DNA from: a virus
DNA length: 64,000 nt
Strand: one strand, 5' to 3'
IMG/VR virus record: IMGVR_UViG_3300019757_000003
Coordinates: 50,271 to 114,270 of that record
Positions 20,790 through 29,873 of the stretch are shown in pieces; the first letter of the stretch is position 1, and the number at the start of each line of letters is the position of its first letter. The notes beneath the pieces are model-generated. The model saw only the letters and a list, made by a program, of their open reading frames with translations, was not told the origin of the DNA and did no database searches. A program made the position numbers and the translations under genes.

Positions 20790-21346
20790 TGGAAGAAAAC
20801 GAGCAAGAAATAGAACAAGCTACAGTAGAGTCAGTAACAGAAGTAACTTTATATAGAAAAGTAACACTTGAACCTATGACAAGACTACAGTACAATGAGT
20901 TTAGAGGATGGACACTACCAGAAGATGAGAATGAAGAAGACTCAGGATTCAAAGTGACTTCTTTAGAGAATGGTCATGTATCTTGGAGCCCATCAAAAAT
21001 AGTTCAACAAGAAATCATAGACCCTACTCAAACAGAACATGATAAAGATTCTGTACTAGAATCACTAGGTATTCATACAGACGGAGAACTGAAACACTTG
21101 ATTAATCAAGCTAAAGAGCTAATTAAGACTAGGAAAACAGAAGCTAAAGAACTAGCTAAACTAGAACGAGAAAGAATCAAAAATGAAGGTTTAGAGGAAG
21201 CTCTAGCTAAGTATGCTGAGACTAACGAACTAGGTAAAAGAATCTACAACTTTAAAGAAGTGTCTGAGCTTACGGGTGTAAGTACAACTAGGATTAAGAA
21301 AGCTTTAGAAGCTCAACAAACTAAAGAACCTGAGACAGTTGTGTGA
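20789..21346 (+). CDS. conserved phage domain fused to a C-terminal HTH-like segment
   Basis: EPMTRLQYNEFRGWTLP..E..GF...SWSP; C-terminal FKEVSELTGVSTTRIKKAL. Confidence 0.55.
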   Translation: MEENEQEIEQATVESVTEVTLYRKVTLEPMTRLQYNEFRGWTLPEDENEEDSGFKVTSLENGHVSWSPSKIVQQEIIDPTQTEHDKDSVLESLGIHTDGELKHLINQAKELIKTRKTEAKELAKLERERIKNEGLEEALAKYAETNELGKRIYNFKEVSELTGVSTTRIKKALEAQQTKEPETVV

Positions 21347-21576
21347 ATGTAGAATTTGTAGACTATAGTATAACAGGTAAGACATTTGAAGGTGTAGAAG
21401 AGTACCTTAATACTCAAAATATACCTTACATACCGAGAATAGACAGAGAAGATAACTCAGATATTGAACTTCATGTAACTACTGATGACATACCTAGTCA
21501 CAATACCTTTATTAAAGACTTATGTCTTAAAGGAGACTTATCAAATGTTGATAAGTATATTATTTATTTACAATGA
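21343..21576 (+). CDS. hypothetical protein
   Basis: GTGA-coupled ORF. Confidence 0.55.
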   Translation: MNVEFVDYSITGKTFEGVEEYLNTQNIPYIPRIDREDNSDIELHVTTDDIPSHNTFIKDLCLKGDLSNVDKYIIYLQ

Positions 21577-21596
21577 ATAGAAAAAAAGGAGTTTAT

Positions 21597-22310
21597 ATGA
21601 GATATAGACAGTTAGGAAATAGTTCTGCTTTCAATACTAAGATGACTAATAGTTCTTTTCTAGTAGAAGAAGGTGGTAAACAGTTACTAGTAGATTGTGG
21701 ATACAATGTGTTTACAGAACTAAAAAGACTAGAGGAACTAGGCGAATTAGACTTGAGTAAGATAGATAATATATTTATTACTCACACGGATGATGACCAT
21801 ATTGGTTCTCTCAAGGCTTTTCTGTACTACAGATACTTCGTACTAGGTAAGACTACTGAGATTTACTCAGGAGACTATGACGGTCTGTGCAACTACTTGA
21901 ATGGAGTGAATTCACAAGTAAGAGACTTTAGGAAAGTAAAAGCAAAGATTTATGACCTAAAACTAGGTTTACCTAATGTCTTATTTGAGGGTTATAATGT
22001 AATTACAACAGATACTCATCATTATCAGAGTTGTAAAGGTATTGCTTTTGAGAAGATTAGTGGTAAAGATACTCTATACATATCTGGAGATACTAAAGCT
22101 TGTGAAGAGATTAAAGACACTATTCAGCATATATTAGATAATGGTGGTAGGTATAGAATATTTCATGATTTTAGTAACTTTGATGATGAGAGTAAACAAG
22201 TACATGCTTGTAAATCTGATACAGAAAGAGTATACAGTAAAGAAGTCTTAGAAGCTATTACTTGGTATCATAACGATACAGAATTTAATAGTGATTGGCA
22301 AGAACTATGA
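21597..22310 (+). CDS. MBL-fold hydrolase, Apyc1-like
   Basis: LGNSSAF, LVDCG, ITHTDDDHIGSL, ISGDT, FHD, VHA, WYH. Confidence 0.75.
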   Translation: MRYRQLGNSSAFNTKMTNSSFLVEEGGKQLLVDCGYNVFTELKRLEELGELDLSKIDNIFITHTDDDHIGSLKAFLYYRYFVLGKTTEIYSGDYDGLCNYLNGVNSQVRDFRKVKAKIYDLKLGLPNVLFEGYNVITTDTHHYQSCKGIAFEKISGKDTLYISGDTKACEEIKDTIQHILDNGGRYRIFHDFSNFDDESKQVHACKSDTERVYSKEVLEAITWYHNDTEFNSDWQEL

Positions 22311-22493
22311 GTAAAGAAACTAAAGCAGAGATGCTAGACTACTTAATAGCTATATTTAATGATGAACCATTAGTGGACATCAGGAGTATACTAGAAGGTG
22401 GTGAATTTGATGATAAAGACATTGACGAACTAGGTATAGAAGATTACGATGAGGAAGAGTCCTTATATGGATACTAATAACACAAGGAAACAA

Positions 22494-22823
22494 ATGAAGA
22501 AAAAACAATTAAAACTAGAACTAGAGTCAGCTAACAGCTTAATATCAGCCATGAGAACCGAACTGGAAGACTATAAAGAAGCTTATAAGCAAGTTGTGGA
22601 AGAGAACATTAATCTAGTAAATAAGATGGATGCTTGCTTTGTAGAGAAATTAGCCAATAGAGTTAAAGAGGTTAATCCTTTAGATGTTATTGATTCTCTA
22701 TCCATTAAGTCCCTTGTAGAACTTGATGAGTCTGGTGTAGTATATGAGTTAGATGGTGTAGCTTTACTATCTGAGCTAAGAGCAGAGTTTAAAGAGATTA
22801 GACAAGAGAAAGGTTTAGAATAA
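22494..22823 (+). CDS. hypothetical coiled-coil protein
   Basis: ORF with AAGGA SD before ATG 22494. Confidence 0.55.
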   Translation: MKKKQLKLELESANSLISAMRTELEDYKEAYKQVVEENINLVNKMDACFVEKLANRVKEVNPLDVIDSLSIKSLVELDESGVVYELDGVALLSELRAEFKEIRQEKGLE

Positions 22824-22999
22824 TACATAGGGCAACCTATGTATATCAAATTAAAGGATAGGTATGAAGAAATATGTAATATATAATAATACAATGTCCA
22901 TAATTGTAAATAAACCAGATTATATGACTAGACAACAACTTAAAAGAAATATGATTATTAAATATGGAATAGTCTATATACACAGAATAAAGGACAATA

Positions 23000-23224
23000 A
23001 TGAGTGACATCCAAGAAAGAGAAGAGTACTACAAACTAGACAGAGAAAATAAAACCCAAGAAGCTATCAGTAACCTTCTTACTCTAAAAAACGAACCTCA
23101 AGGACTCGTAACTGATAGTGTTAGAGACTATAACGTAGGTTCATCTAACTACTCTAAACATAAGATTCAACCTTGGGATATATGGTTGGAGTACAGCTTG
23201 AATCCTTGGGATGCTGACATCTAA
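23000..23224 (+). CDS. DUF3310 (T7 gp1.7/SaV-like) N-terminal fragment, interrupted
   Basis: VRDYNVGSSNYSKHKIQPWDIWLEYSLNPWDADI*; the expected continuation RVLR...LDYEKIKHICDERIRQL lies at 24250. Confidence 0.75.
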   Translation: MSDIQEREEYYKLDRENKTQEAISNLLTLKNEPQGLVTDSVRDYNVGSSNYSKHKIQPWDIWLEYSLNPWDADI

Positions 23225-23258
23225 TTTAAGTATATTTTAACATCACATTAGATACAAT
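23225..23258 (+). promoter_or_regulatory. sigma70-type promoter (TTTAAGT...TACAAT)
   Basis: Begins right after the truncating stop; closely similar to 28244-28273. Confidence 0.55.
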
Positions 23259-23294
23259 ACAGGTACAGATAAGAAGAACACAAAAGGAATTTAT

Positions 23295-24050
23295 ATGAAA
23301 AGCAAGTTTGATAAAACAGGAAGTAGTCTGGAGGTAAGAACCTCTAATTTCTTACGTAGAGCAATAGAGAGACATAATTCAAAGTATTCTTACAACAAAT
23401 TGCAATACAAAAACGCCAATAGTAAGGTACTTATTACTTGTCCGATACACGGAGACTTCCAACAAACAGCCAATGACCATGTGAAAGGGGCAGGGTGTCC
23501 AGCATGTGGGAGGTTATCTACAACTAATAGTCACACCTTGTCATTTTCTGAATTTAAAAATAGAGCTATTGCAGTACATGGTACTAAATACGCCTATAAC
23601 GAAAGCCTATTTACTATGAGTAGTGAAAAGGTAGGGATAGTTTGTACTACGTGCATGTCTGAATTTACTCAACTTGGATCAATGCACTTGCAAGGACAAG
23701 GGTGCTCTAAGTGCAATAAACATGGATTAAACTACACACAACCTACAATATTGTATTTTTTGAGTGTGAACAAGGGCGTAGCCTTTAAAATTGGTATTAC
23801 AAACTTTTCTGTAAACGAAAGATTCTTAGTTAAAGACTTAAAGACTATAGAAGTAGTAGCTGCTAAACAGTACAACACAGGTTATGAAGCTTACGACGCA
23901 GAACAGGCAATACTACTTGAATTTAAAGATAAGCAATATAGAGGAGCACCACTATTATCGACAGGTAATACTGAGCTGTTCTCGGAAAACATATTTAATG
24001 AAATAAAGGAGAGATATTTCGATGAAAAAAAATCCACTACTGAACCCTGA
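23295..24050 (+). CDS. homing endonuclease: two Zn-ribbon repeats plus a GIY-YIG-like domain
   Basis: ITCPIHGDF..HVKGAGCPAC and IVCTTC..F..HLQGQGCSKC repeats; ILYFL..FKIGIT..NERF..AEQ..GNTELF. Confidence 0.8.
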   Translation: MKSKFDKTGSSLEVRTSNFLRRAIERHNSKYSYNKLQYKNANSKVLITCPIHGDFQQTANDHVKGAGCPACGRLSTTNSHTLSFSEFKNRAIAVHGTKYAYNESLFTMSSEKVGIVCTTCMSEFTQLGSMHLQGQGCSKCNKHGLNYTQPTILYFLSVNKGVAFKIGITNFSVNERFLVKDLKTIEVVAAKQYNTGYEAYDAEQAILLEFKDKQYRGAPLLSTGNTELFSENIFNEIKERYFDEKKSTTEP

Positions 24051-24570
24051 CTCTAAGCACTACCAAATGTTCGATGAAAAAGAAACTATAGAACACTTAG
24101 AAGAGATGATGACTATAGATGAATTAAAAGGATGGGCGAAAGGTAACGTATTCAAGTACAGACTACGTATAGGGCATAAAGATGCTATAGAGAAAGAAAT
24201 GACAAAAATAAAGGGGTATGAGGAATACTACAAATTTTTAAATACTGAGAGAGTTCTGAGAGATAGTGGTAGAAATGATAGAACACTAGATTATGAGAAG
24301 ATTAAGCATATATGTGATGAGAGAATAAGACAACTAACAACTACAGTAACACCTATACTTACCAAACGATATATAACTATAGTAGATTCGGATGAGGGAC
24401 AAAAGGATTTTTGTGTATATACTAAGTTGTCTAAAGATGATGTAGATGAAGCAATAACTGCTAATAAACAAACAGAAGACCATGACTATGAAAGTCTATT
24501 TGACTTACTTAGACTATCGGATAAAGACTTAGAAGTTATAGATTTATCTAAAATAATGGTAAGTTACTGA
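24022..24570 (+). CDS. chimeric protein: complete DUF3310 domain fused to the C-terminal remnant of the interrupted gene
   Basis: NPDSKHY..ETIEHL..KGWAKGNVFKYRLRIGHKD followed by RVLRDSGRNDRTLDYEKIKHICDERIRQL. Confidence 0.75.
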   Translation: MKKNPLLNPDSKHYQMFDEKETIEHLEEMMTIDELKGWAKGNVFKYRLRIGHKDAIEKEMTKIKGYEEYYKFLNTERVLRDSGRNDRTLDYEKIKHICDERIRQLTTTVTPILTKRYITIVDSDEGQKDFCVYTKLSKDDVDEAITANKQTEDHDYESLFDLLRLSDKDLEVIDLSKIMVSY

Positions 24571-24661
24571 TGTTTGAGACTTTAGTAGGATTAGCAATAA
24601 TAACTAATACAATTACACAAGTAACTTGGTTTTATATAACAATTATTAGGAAGAAGAATTA

Positions 24662-25179
24662 ATGAAGGAAATGAACTTAACTAGGTTGCTAAAGAGTTGC
24701 TGTGTTACCATACCAGATAAGGTACAAGATGCTTTATTTGACTATCTAGTGGAGTTAGATGTAGATTTAAACACACTAAATGTTGACAATTTATATGTAA
24801 ATGATGTACAGTACTTAGAAGATGATGAAGGTGAGAATTATGCAGAAGATTACCATCTGTTAGTAAAAGATGAGGATGGAGGATATTATATATGAAATTT
24901 GAATTATACGATATAGTAGAAACTATAGATGGTAGTATCATTTATAGAATAGACAATGTGTGTGAAGTAGATAAACTATACAACAGTAACCTAAATGCAG
25001 AAGAGATTGAAGATAGGTATTCCTTTTACGAAAGTGAACTAAAACTAGTAGCTTCTAAAGATAAGGTATTTTCTTGTCATAGATGTGGAGAAGATCTATC
25101 AAACACAGAGATGACACCAGGGTATGTATTTGGATGCGACACTTGTGATGAAGATTTTTGCTACTTTGAGGTAGCTTGA
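24662..25179 (+). other. two hypothetical CDS (24662-24895; 24892-25179 with two CxxC)
   Basis: Coupled ORFs. Confidence 0.55.
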
Positions 25180-25715
25180 TGAAAACTAAACATATATGCT
25201 TGTATGGAGGACCAGGAATTGCCAAGAGTACAACAGCCTCTGGTCTATTCTATAGGATGAAAGAAGCTGGATATAAAGTAGAACTGGTACAAGAATACGC
25301 TAAAGAACTGACTTATAGAGAAGATTTCAGTACACTAAAGAACCAACTATTTGTATTAGCTAATCAACATAAGAACTGGTTTATGTTAGAGGGTAAAGTG
25401 GATTATGTAATCCATGATAGTCCTTTACTACTAAGCATACACTATGCTCAAGAATCTAATCATTTGCCTCTAAAAGAGTTTAAAGAATTTGTACTAGCTT
25501 TAAATAGTAAGTATGAAACTATGAACTTCTTACTAATCAGAGATAATGAAGCTCATCCATATAAACAATATGGCAGAACTCAAACACTAAAAGAAGCTAT
25601 AGAAATAGATAAATCTGTGAAAGGATTACTAGAAGACTCTGATACTAGTTTCTTAGAAGTTCGTGATTTAGCTAAGATAGCTAAGATAATTGAGGTTACA
25701 TATGAGAACTCTTAG
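25176..25715 (+). CDS. AAA_28/NadR-like P-loop kinase
   Basis: LYGGPGIAKST, EYAKEL, IHDSPL, GRTQT. Confidence 0.8.
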   Translation: MMKTKHICLYGGPGIAKSTTASGLFYRMKEAGYKVELVQEYAKELTYREDFSTLKNQLFVLANQHKNWFMLEGKVDYVIHDSPLLLSIHYAQESNHLPLKEFKEFVLALNSKYETMNFLLIRDNEAHPYKQYGRTQTLKEAIEIDKSVKGLLEDSDTSFLEVRDLAKIAKIIEVTYENS

Positions 25716-26463
25716 AGATTTATTTGAACAATTAGCTGACTTATCAGAAGATGAGTTAGATAAGGACTTGCACTTGACAGTATGGGACCAATCAGATAAT
25801 TGGAATTGTAAAGATATAGATATAAATACAGATGGTACTTGCAGTGATTTACAACTAGTACTAGATAGTGGTTATACAGTAAGTTATAACAGAGATAAGG
25901 TATTTGAAGTACCAAAACATTAAAGGAAAAAAAATGGGATATTATACACAGTATGACCTAGAGTTAGGTAGTAACGAGAGATTAGATAGAGATGGAATAG
26001 CAGAGAAATTTGAAGATATTTCGGGATTTAGTATGCACTCAATAGACGACGAATCTATGAAATGGTATGACTATGACACAGATATGCAGAAGCTAAGTAA
26101 GGAGTATCCAGAAGTATTATTTATAATGACTGGATTAGGTGAAGACTCTGACGATAACTGGAGACACTACTTTAGAGGTGGTAAAAGCCACAAAGTAGAT
26201 GCTATTGTAGCCTATCCTCCATTAGATGAAACTAAATTAAGTTAGAAGAGATGTTAATATCTAACAAACAAGACTTAAAGAAAAAAATTGAATTGGGTGG
26301 ATTGAGATTATCATTTGAGGGTAATGGACACCTAAACTTAAAATACACAAGCAACGATAGCACAGAACAAGTACAGTTTATACTAAATAAGTCAGAAATG
26401 AGAAGTATACTTGAGACACTATCAGTAGAACGTAGTAACAAAAACATTAAAGGAGAAATATGA
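25702..26463 (+). other. three hypothetical CDS (25702-25923, ~25934-26245, 26251-26463)
   Basis: Coupled ORFs; the second has the conserved phage pattern MGYYT...KWYD...LSKEYP..GE. Confidence 0.55.
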
Positions 26464-27218
26464 AAGTAGAGTTAATAGATATACCTACAGAGATTACACA
26501 CGATAGTGTATTAGCTTATTTAGCTAGTTGTAGTAGTGTTGTTAGGGATGCCCAACCTAAGAATAATGAGAGGTTGTTTAAAAGACTACAAAAAGAGTCT
26601 TTTGGAGATAAGCCCAGTAGGGTATTTGAGTATGTACCTTGTAAGATTTCTAGTGGTGTGATACAATATAGTGCCATGCAGTTATTTGGTTTTTACACAG
26701 AAGAACAGACAGATAATACTTCCGTTTTTGAACGAGCCTATTATACAAATGCTAGAGAGTTGCTAAATTGGGGCTGGACTTGGGAAGAGGTATTAAAAGT
26801 AGTAGACTTTACTAACTATAAAGCTGTTAAAGTTACTGCACCTTACTTCCTATATGGTCAAATGAGCACACATAACCAAATAACTAGTGTTAGCCATAGT
26901 AATAGATATACGCAGTCTAAACTAGGTTATTGGTGTCCAATACCTAACCATCCAAATTGGGACTATACTGTAAGGGAGACAACACCAAATAGTCTTGAAC
27001 GTATTATGAAAGCAGCAGGTATTGTTCGTAGAGAAGTGTTTGCAAGAGGTTCTGATATGTTAGAGTATAGAGTCAGTACCCTAGGTGGATATACCAATAA
27101 TCCAAATGCTTGGGAGCACTTTATCAACCAAAGACTTAATGACAGTCATACACAACTAGAAATGAGAGAACTAGCTTCTCTTATAAAAGAGAAACTTGAA
27201 GGAGTTAGTAATAATTAA
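26460..27218 (+). CDS. thyX: divergent FAD-dependent thymidylate synthase
   Basis: SRVFE, APYFLYGQMSTHNQITSVSHSNRY, RREVFAR, WEHFINQRL..HTQLEMRELA. Confidence 0.7.
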   Translation: MKVELIDIPTEITHDSVLAYLASCSSVVRDAQPKNNERLFKRLQKESFGDKPSRVFEYVPCKISSGVIQYSAMQLFGFYTEEQTDNTSVFERAYYTNARELLNWGWTWEEVLKVVDFTNYKAVKVTAPYFLYGQMSTHNQITSVSHSNRYTQSKLGYWCPIPNHPNWDYTVRETTPNSLERIMKAAGIVRREVFARGSDMLEYRVSTLGGYTNNPNAWEHFINQRLNDSHTQLEMRELASLIKEKLEGVSNN

Positions 27219-27507
27219 TGAGAAACTAGAAGAACTAGAGTATGCTTATAGAATAGAACCTAATGAAGAGTATGCTAAAGCATTGAAAGATAAGATAGAC
27301 GATATTAAAGAGTCTATGAGAGATACTAAACTAGATGAACTAAGACAAGATATAGCAGATGATGAGTCTATGTCAGTAGATACGTCTGAACTAGTTACAG
27401 CATTTGTAGAGAAAAAGGTAGAGTTCTTAGAGACTTTAGATAAAGAAGATTTAGAGGAGTATTTATATTCTACTGGATCTGAATTAAATATAGAGGATTA
27501 CAAATGA
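27196..27507 (+). CDS. hypothetical acidic protein
   Basis: ORF between thyX and mazG. Confidence 0.5.
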   Translation: MKELVIINEKLEELEYAYRIEPNEEYAKALKDKIDDIKESMRDTKLDELRQDIADDESMSVDTSELVTAFVEKKVEFLETLDKEDLEEYLYSTGSELNIEDYK

Positions 27508-27875
27508 ATTTTATACAAGAGAGTATGAGAACAGAGTCAAGCCAATTTAATGATTTAACTAATAACGGAGTTACTTATAGTAAAGAGAGGCTTTTGCATG
27601 CTTGTTTAGGTATGCAAACGGAGTCAGCAGAGTTTAGTGATGCAATTAAAAAATCATTGTTTTATGGTATAGAATTGGATGTTATTAATTTAAAAGAAGA
27701 GCTAGGAGATATGTTATGGTATATTGCTATTGCTATGGACGAACTAGGTACTGATTTTACTACAGAGCAAATTAGAGTAGTTAATAAATTAAAGGTAAGA
27801 TTCCCTACTAAGTTCACTAATATAGATGCAGAAAATAGAGACTTAGAGTCTGAGCGTCAAGTATTAGAACAATAA
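27504..27875 (+). CDS. MazG-like nucleotide pyrophosphohydrolase
   Basis: LGMQTESAEF..KK...EELGDMLWY...KLKVRFP. Confidence 0.88.
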   Translation: MNFIQESMRTESSQFNDLTNNGVTYSKERLLHACLGMQTESAEFSDAIKKSLFYGIELDVINLKEELGDMLWYIAIAMDELGTDFTTEQIRVVNKLKVRFPTKFTNIDAENRDLESERQVLEQ

Positions 27876-27950
27876 AACAAACAAATAGGTTTAACTTTAA
27901 GAGCAACTAAAAGTTATAAAGAATGACACAAAATAAAAGAAGGAGTACCA

Positions 27951-28238
27951 ATGAAGTACTATTTAGTAAATGAAACAGAAGAAGGATTAGCACTTATTAA
28001 GTCAGATAGTGGAGTATATAACTTACCATGGACTACAGTAAAACCTAACAATATAGTAGATGGAGAGTTTACATTAGAAGGCAGATTTATCGCAGAAGAA
28101 GGAACTATTGTAGAGGTAGAGGAACTACCAGAGTTTACTCCACACCAAAGAATTAACTATAATAAGTTCTGTGCAAGTGAAGAGTATACTCTAACTTGTG
28201 CTCTACTATTGAGATTTGCTGGTAATTTCTTAAGGTAA
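27951..28238 (+). CDS. hypothetical protein
   Basis: AAGGAG SD. Confidence 0.6.
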   Translation: MKYYLVNETEEGLALIKSDSGVYNLPWTTVKPNNIVDGEFTLEGRFIAEEGTIVEVEELPEFTPHQRINYNKFCASEEYTLTCALLLRFAGNFLR

Positions 28239-28243
28239 TAACA

Positions 28244-28273
28244 TAAGTATATTTAAGGTAACTTAGATAGAAT
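28244..28273 (+). promoter_or_regulatory. sigma70-type promoter driving the non-coding region
   Basis: TAAGTATATTTAAG-N5-TTAGATAGAAT, similar to 23227-23258. Confidence 0.5.
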
Positions 28274-28279
28274 AAAACT

Positions 28280-28960
28280 ACGCATTCCCTCATGTAAATC
28301 AAAGTATCGTACTTCGGTGTTGATATGTAAGTCGTAAGAATAACTACCCAATAAGCCAAGTGGAATGAAGGTTTGAACCTAAGCGAATATCAAATATACC
28401 TTAGATACTTTATTGACAGAGTAACGTCTGTAAACCTTATAAAAGACACCTACAATATTTGATGTAGAGTTACGGAAGTCTGGTAGACTGAACGGGATAC
28501 CTAAGTAAGTAAACACTTCACAAGGTGTATAAACTATGTCAGTACTCATAGCCAGAGTCAGCTTAAGTGGTGAGTAGTAACAGGTTTAACTCCTGTAGTT
28601 GGTAAGTTCTTATGAAATACTTGCTCCACGAAGCTTACGTGGCTACTCTATAACTAGGTATTGGTTAAGAGAAGGTTTGAATCCTTCTATACAATTTGTA
28701 TCCATGATGGCTAGTAATATGAATGATAGGTGGTTCAATTCCATCAACCTAGTTACAAACAGTCGAGATCTCACATCAATTTATAATTGTTAAACGACTT
28801 TAACTTTTGAGAGGTTTACCGACCTTAAGGTATACTCAAGTAGCTACGAGGACTTTACATTCAGTATGATTAATAGTCTTAGATGTAATTAAACGACAAG
28901 CCTCTACCACAACGTGCTGAAGCCAATTCAGAATATATGATTGTGGTTACGCTGTTTTAT
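28280..28960 (+). ncRNA. candidate large structured ncRNA
   Basis: ~700-nt gap with no credible gene; many hairpins, three T-loop arms and 7-9 bp long-range complements. Confidence 0.65.
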
Positions 28961-28986
28961 ATAATATAAATTAAAAGGATGAATAA

Positions 28987-29609
28987 ATGGTAAAGATACA
29001 TATAGATGACTATAGAGAGTTATTAGAGAATAAGATAGAAGAACTTACTACGAAAATAAAAGAAGTAGAAGATCTATCTGATGAGCAGAAACTAAGTATA
29101 ATGGAAGAAGACACACCTTTAAGGTACTATCAAGCACAAATTATCAATGGCGAAGACACTAGTAAATTAGATTATTTCTATGATACACGAATAATGGCTG
29201 AATACTCAGAAAACCGAACTCTGCTAAAAGAGTGTAAGATTATTCTACCTCTAATACCAAACTTAAAGAAAGTACTAATAGATGGTGTTTATGAGATTAA
29301 AGTAGATAAACTAGTGGAGTTACAATGTCAACCAAAGGAAAATAAATGTTATCAGTAAGTTTAGCACACAAAGAGATAAAAGAAACTAAAGAGGTTTTAG
29401 CCTGTATTAAGGAAGCAAAGTACTATAATGGAAATGTAGACTTCTACATCAAACCGAGAGGTGTGGGTATGGATACAGATTTACTAGACCTGACTTCTGA
29501 AGAAAGTAAGAAAATACTTAAATTCATTGAGAGGATGCTTAAAGCCAAACTAAAAGAACAAAAAGTTGAGAGTGCCAGACTTAATAAAGTAAGAAAGAGG
29601 TACGAGTAA
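28987..29609 (+). other. two hypothetical CDS (28987-29358, 29346-29609)
   Basis: AAGGA SD sites. Confidence 0.6.
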
Positions 29610-29659
29610 CAGTAGAACAGAGTAAATAAAAAGAATTTAGCTAAATTTGCTCTAAAAGC

Positions 29660-29688
29660 TTGACAAAAAGGCTAAATTTGGATATACT
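29660..29688 (+). promoter_or_regulatory. consensus sigma70 promoter
   Basis: TTGACA-17 nt-TATACT. Confidence 0.85.
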
Positions 29689-29745
29689 TTACACGTAGTA
29701 TCGAGTACTCGCATATAGTGTGAAGTATTCACAACGTCTAAGAAT

Positions 29746-29829
29746 ATAACTAAGTGCAGTTTTTGTCGAGACTTCTGCACTTAGTTATGAGCTTAGTACT
29801 TCTAGTATCAGGTTAAAAAGTCTCGACAA
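29746..29829 (+). ncRNA. C4-antisense-like hairpin whose loop is complementary to the downstream leader
   Basis: 14-bp perfect stem 29746-59/29775-88; loop TTGTCGAGACTT complements AAGTCTCGACAA at 29818-29. Confidence 0.65.
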
Positions 29830-29873
29830 CTTCCTTAATCTCTCATAAAAACAATAAGTCGGAAAGTTAGTTT

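Larger units (their letters stand above)
23222..24243 (+). mobile_element. homing-endonuclease cassette inserted in the DUF3310 gene
   Basis: Promoter, HEG and a second DUF3310 domain lie between the two halves of the resident gene. Confidence 0.65.

Noticed and set aside
16210-20791. Repeated AAACAAAAGAAGGAAAATAATG
   Set aside because: Explained as an A-rich SD plus stop/start coupling.
23222-24243. Group I intron or T4 gene 60-type ribosomal bypass in the DUF3310 gene
   Set aside because: The insert is almost all ORF plus an AT-rich promoter, with no ribozyme core. The take-off codon ATC has no matching landing codon, and the gap is ~1 kb.
28480-28770. Group I intron core (GACTGAACGGG with ACAGTC as a P7-like pair)
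   Set aside because: No convincing P4-P6 elements and no flanking exons; kept only as a cmscan check.
28599-28793. 64-aa ORF in the non-coding region
   Set aside because: TTG start without an SD; overlaps the T-loop structures.
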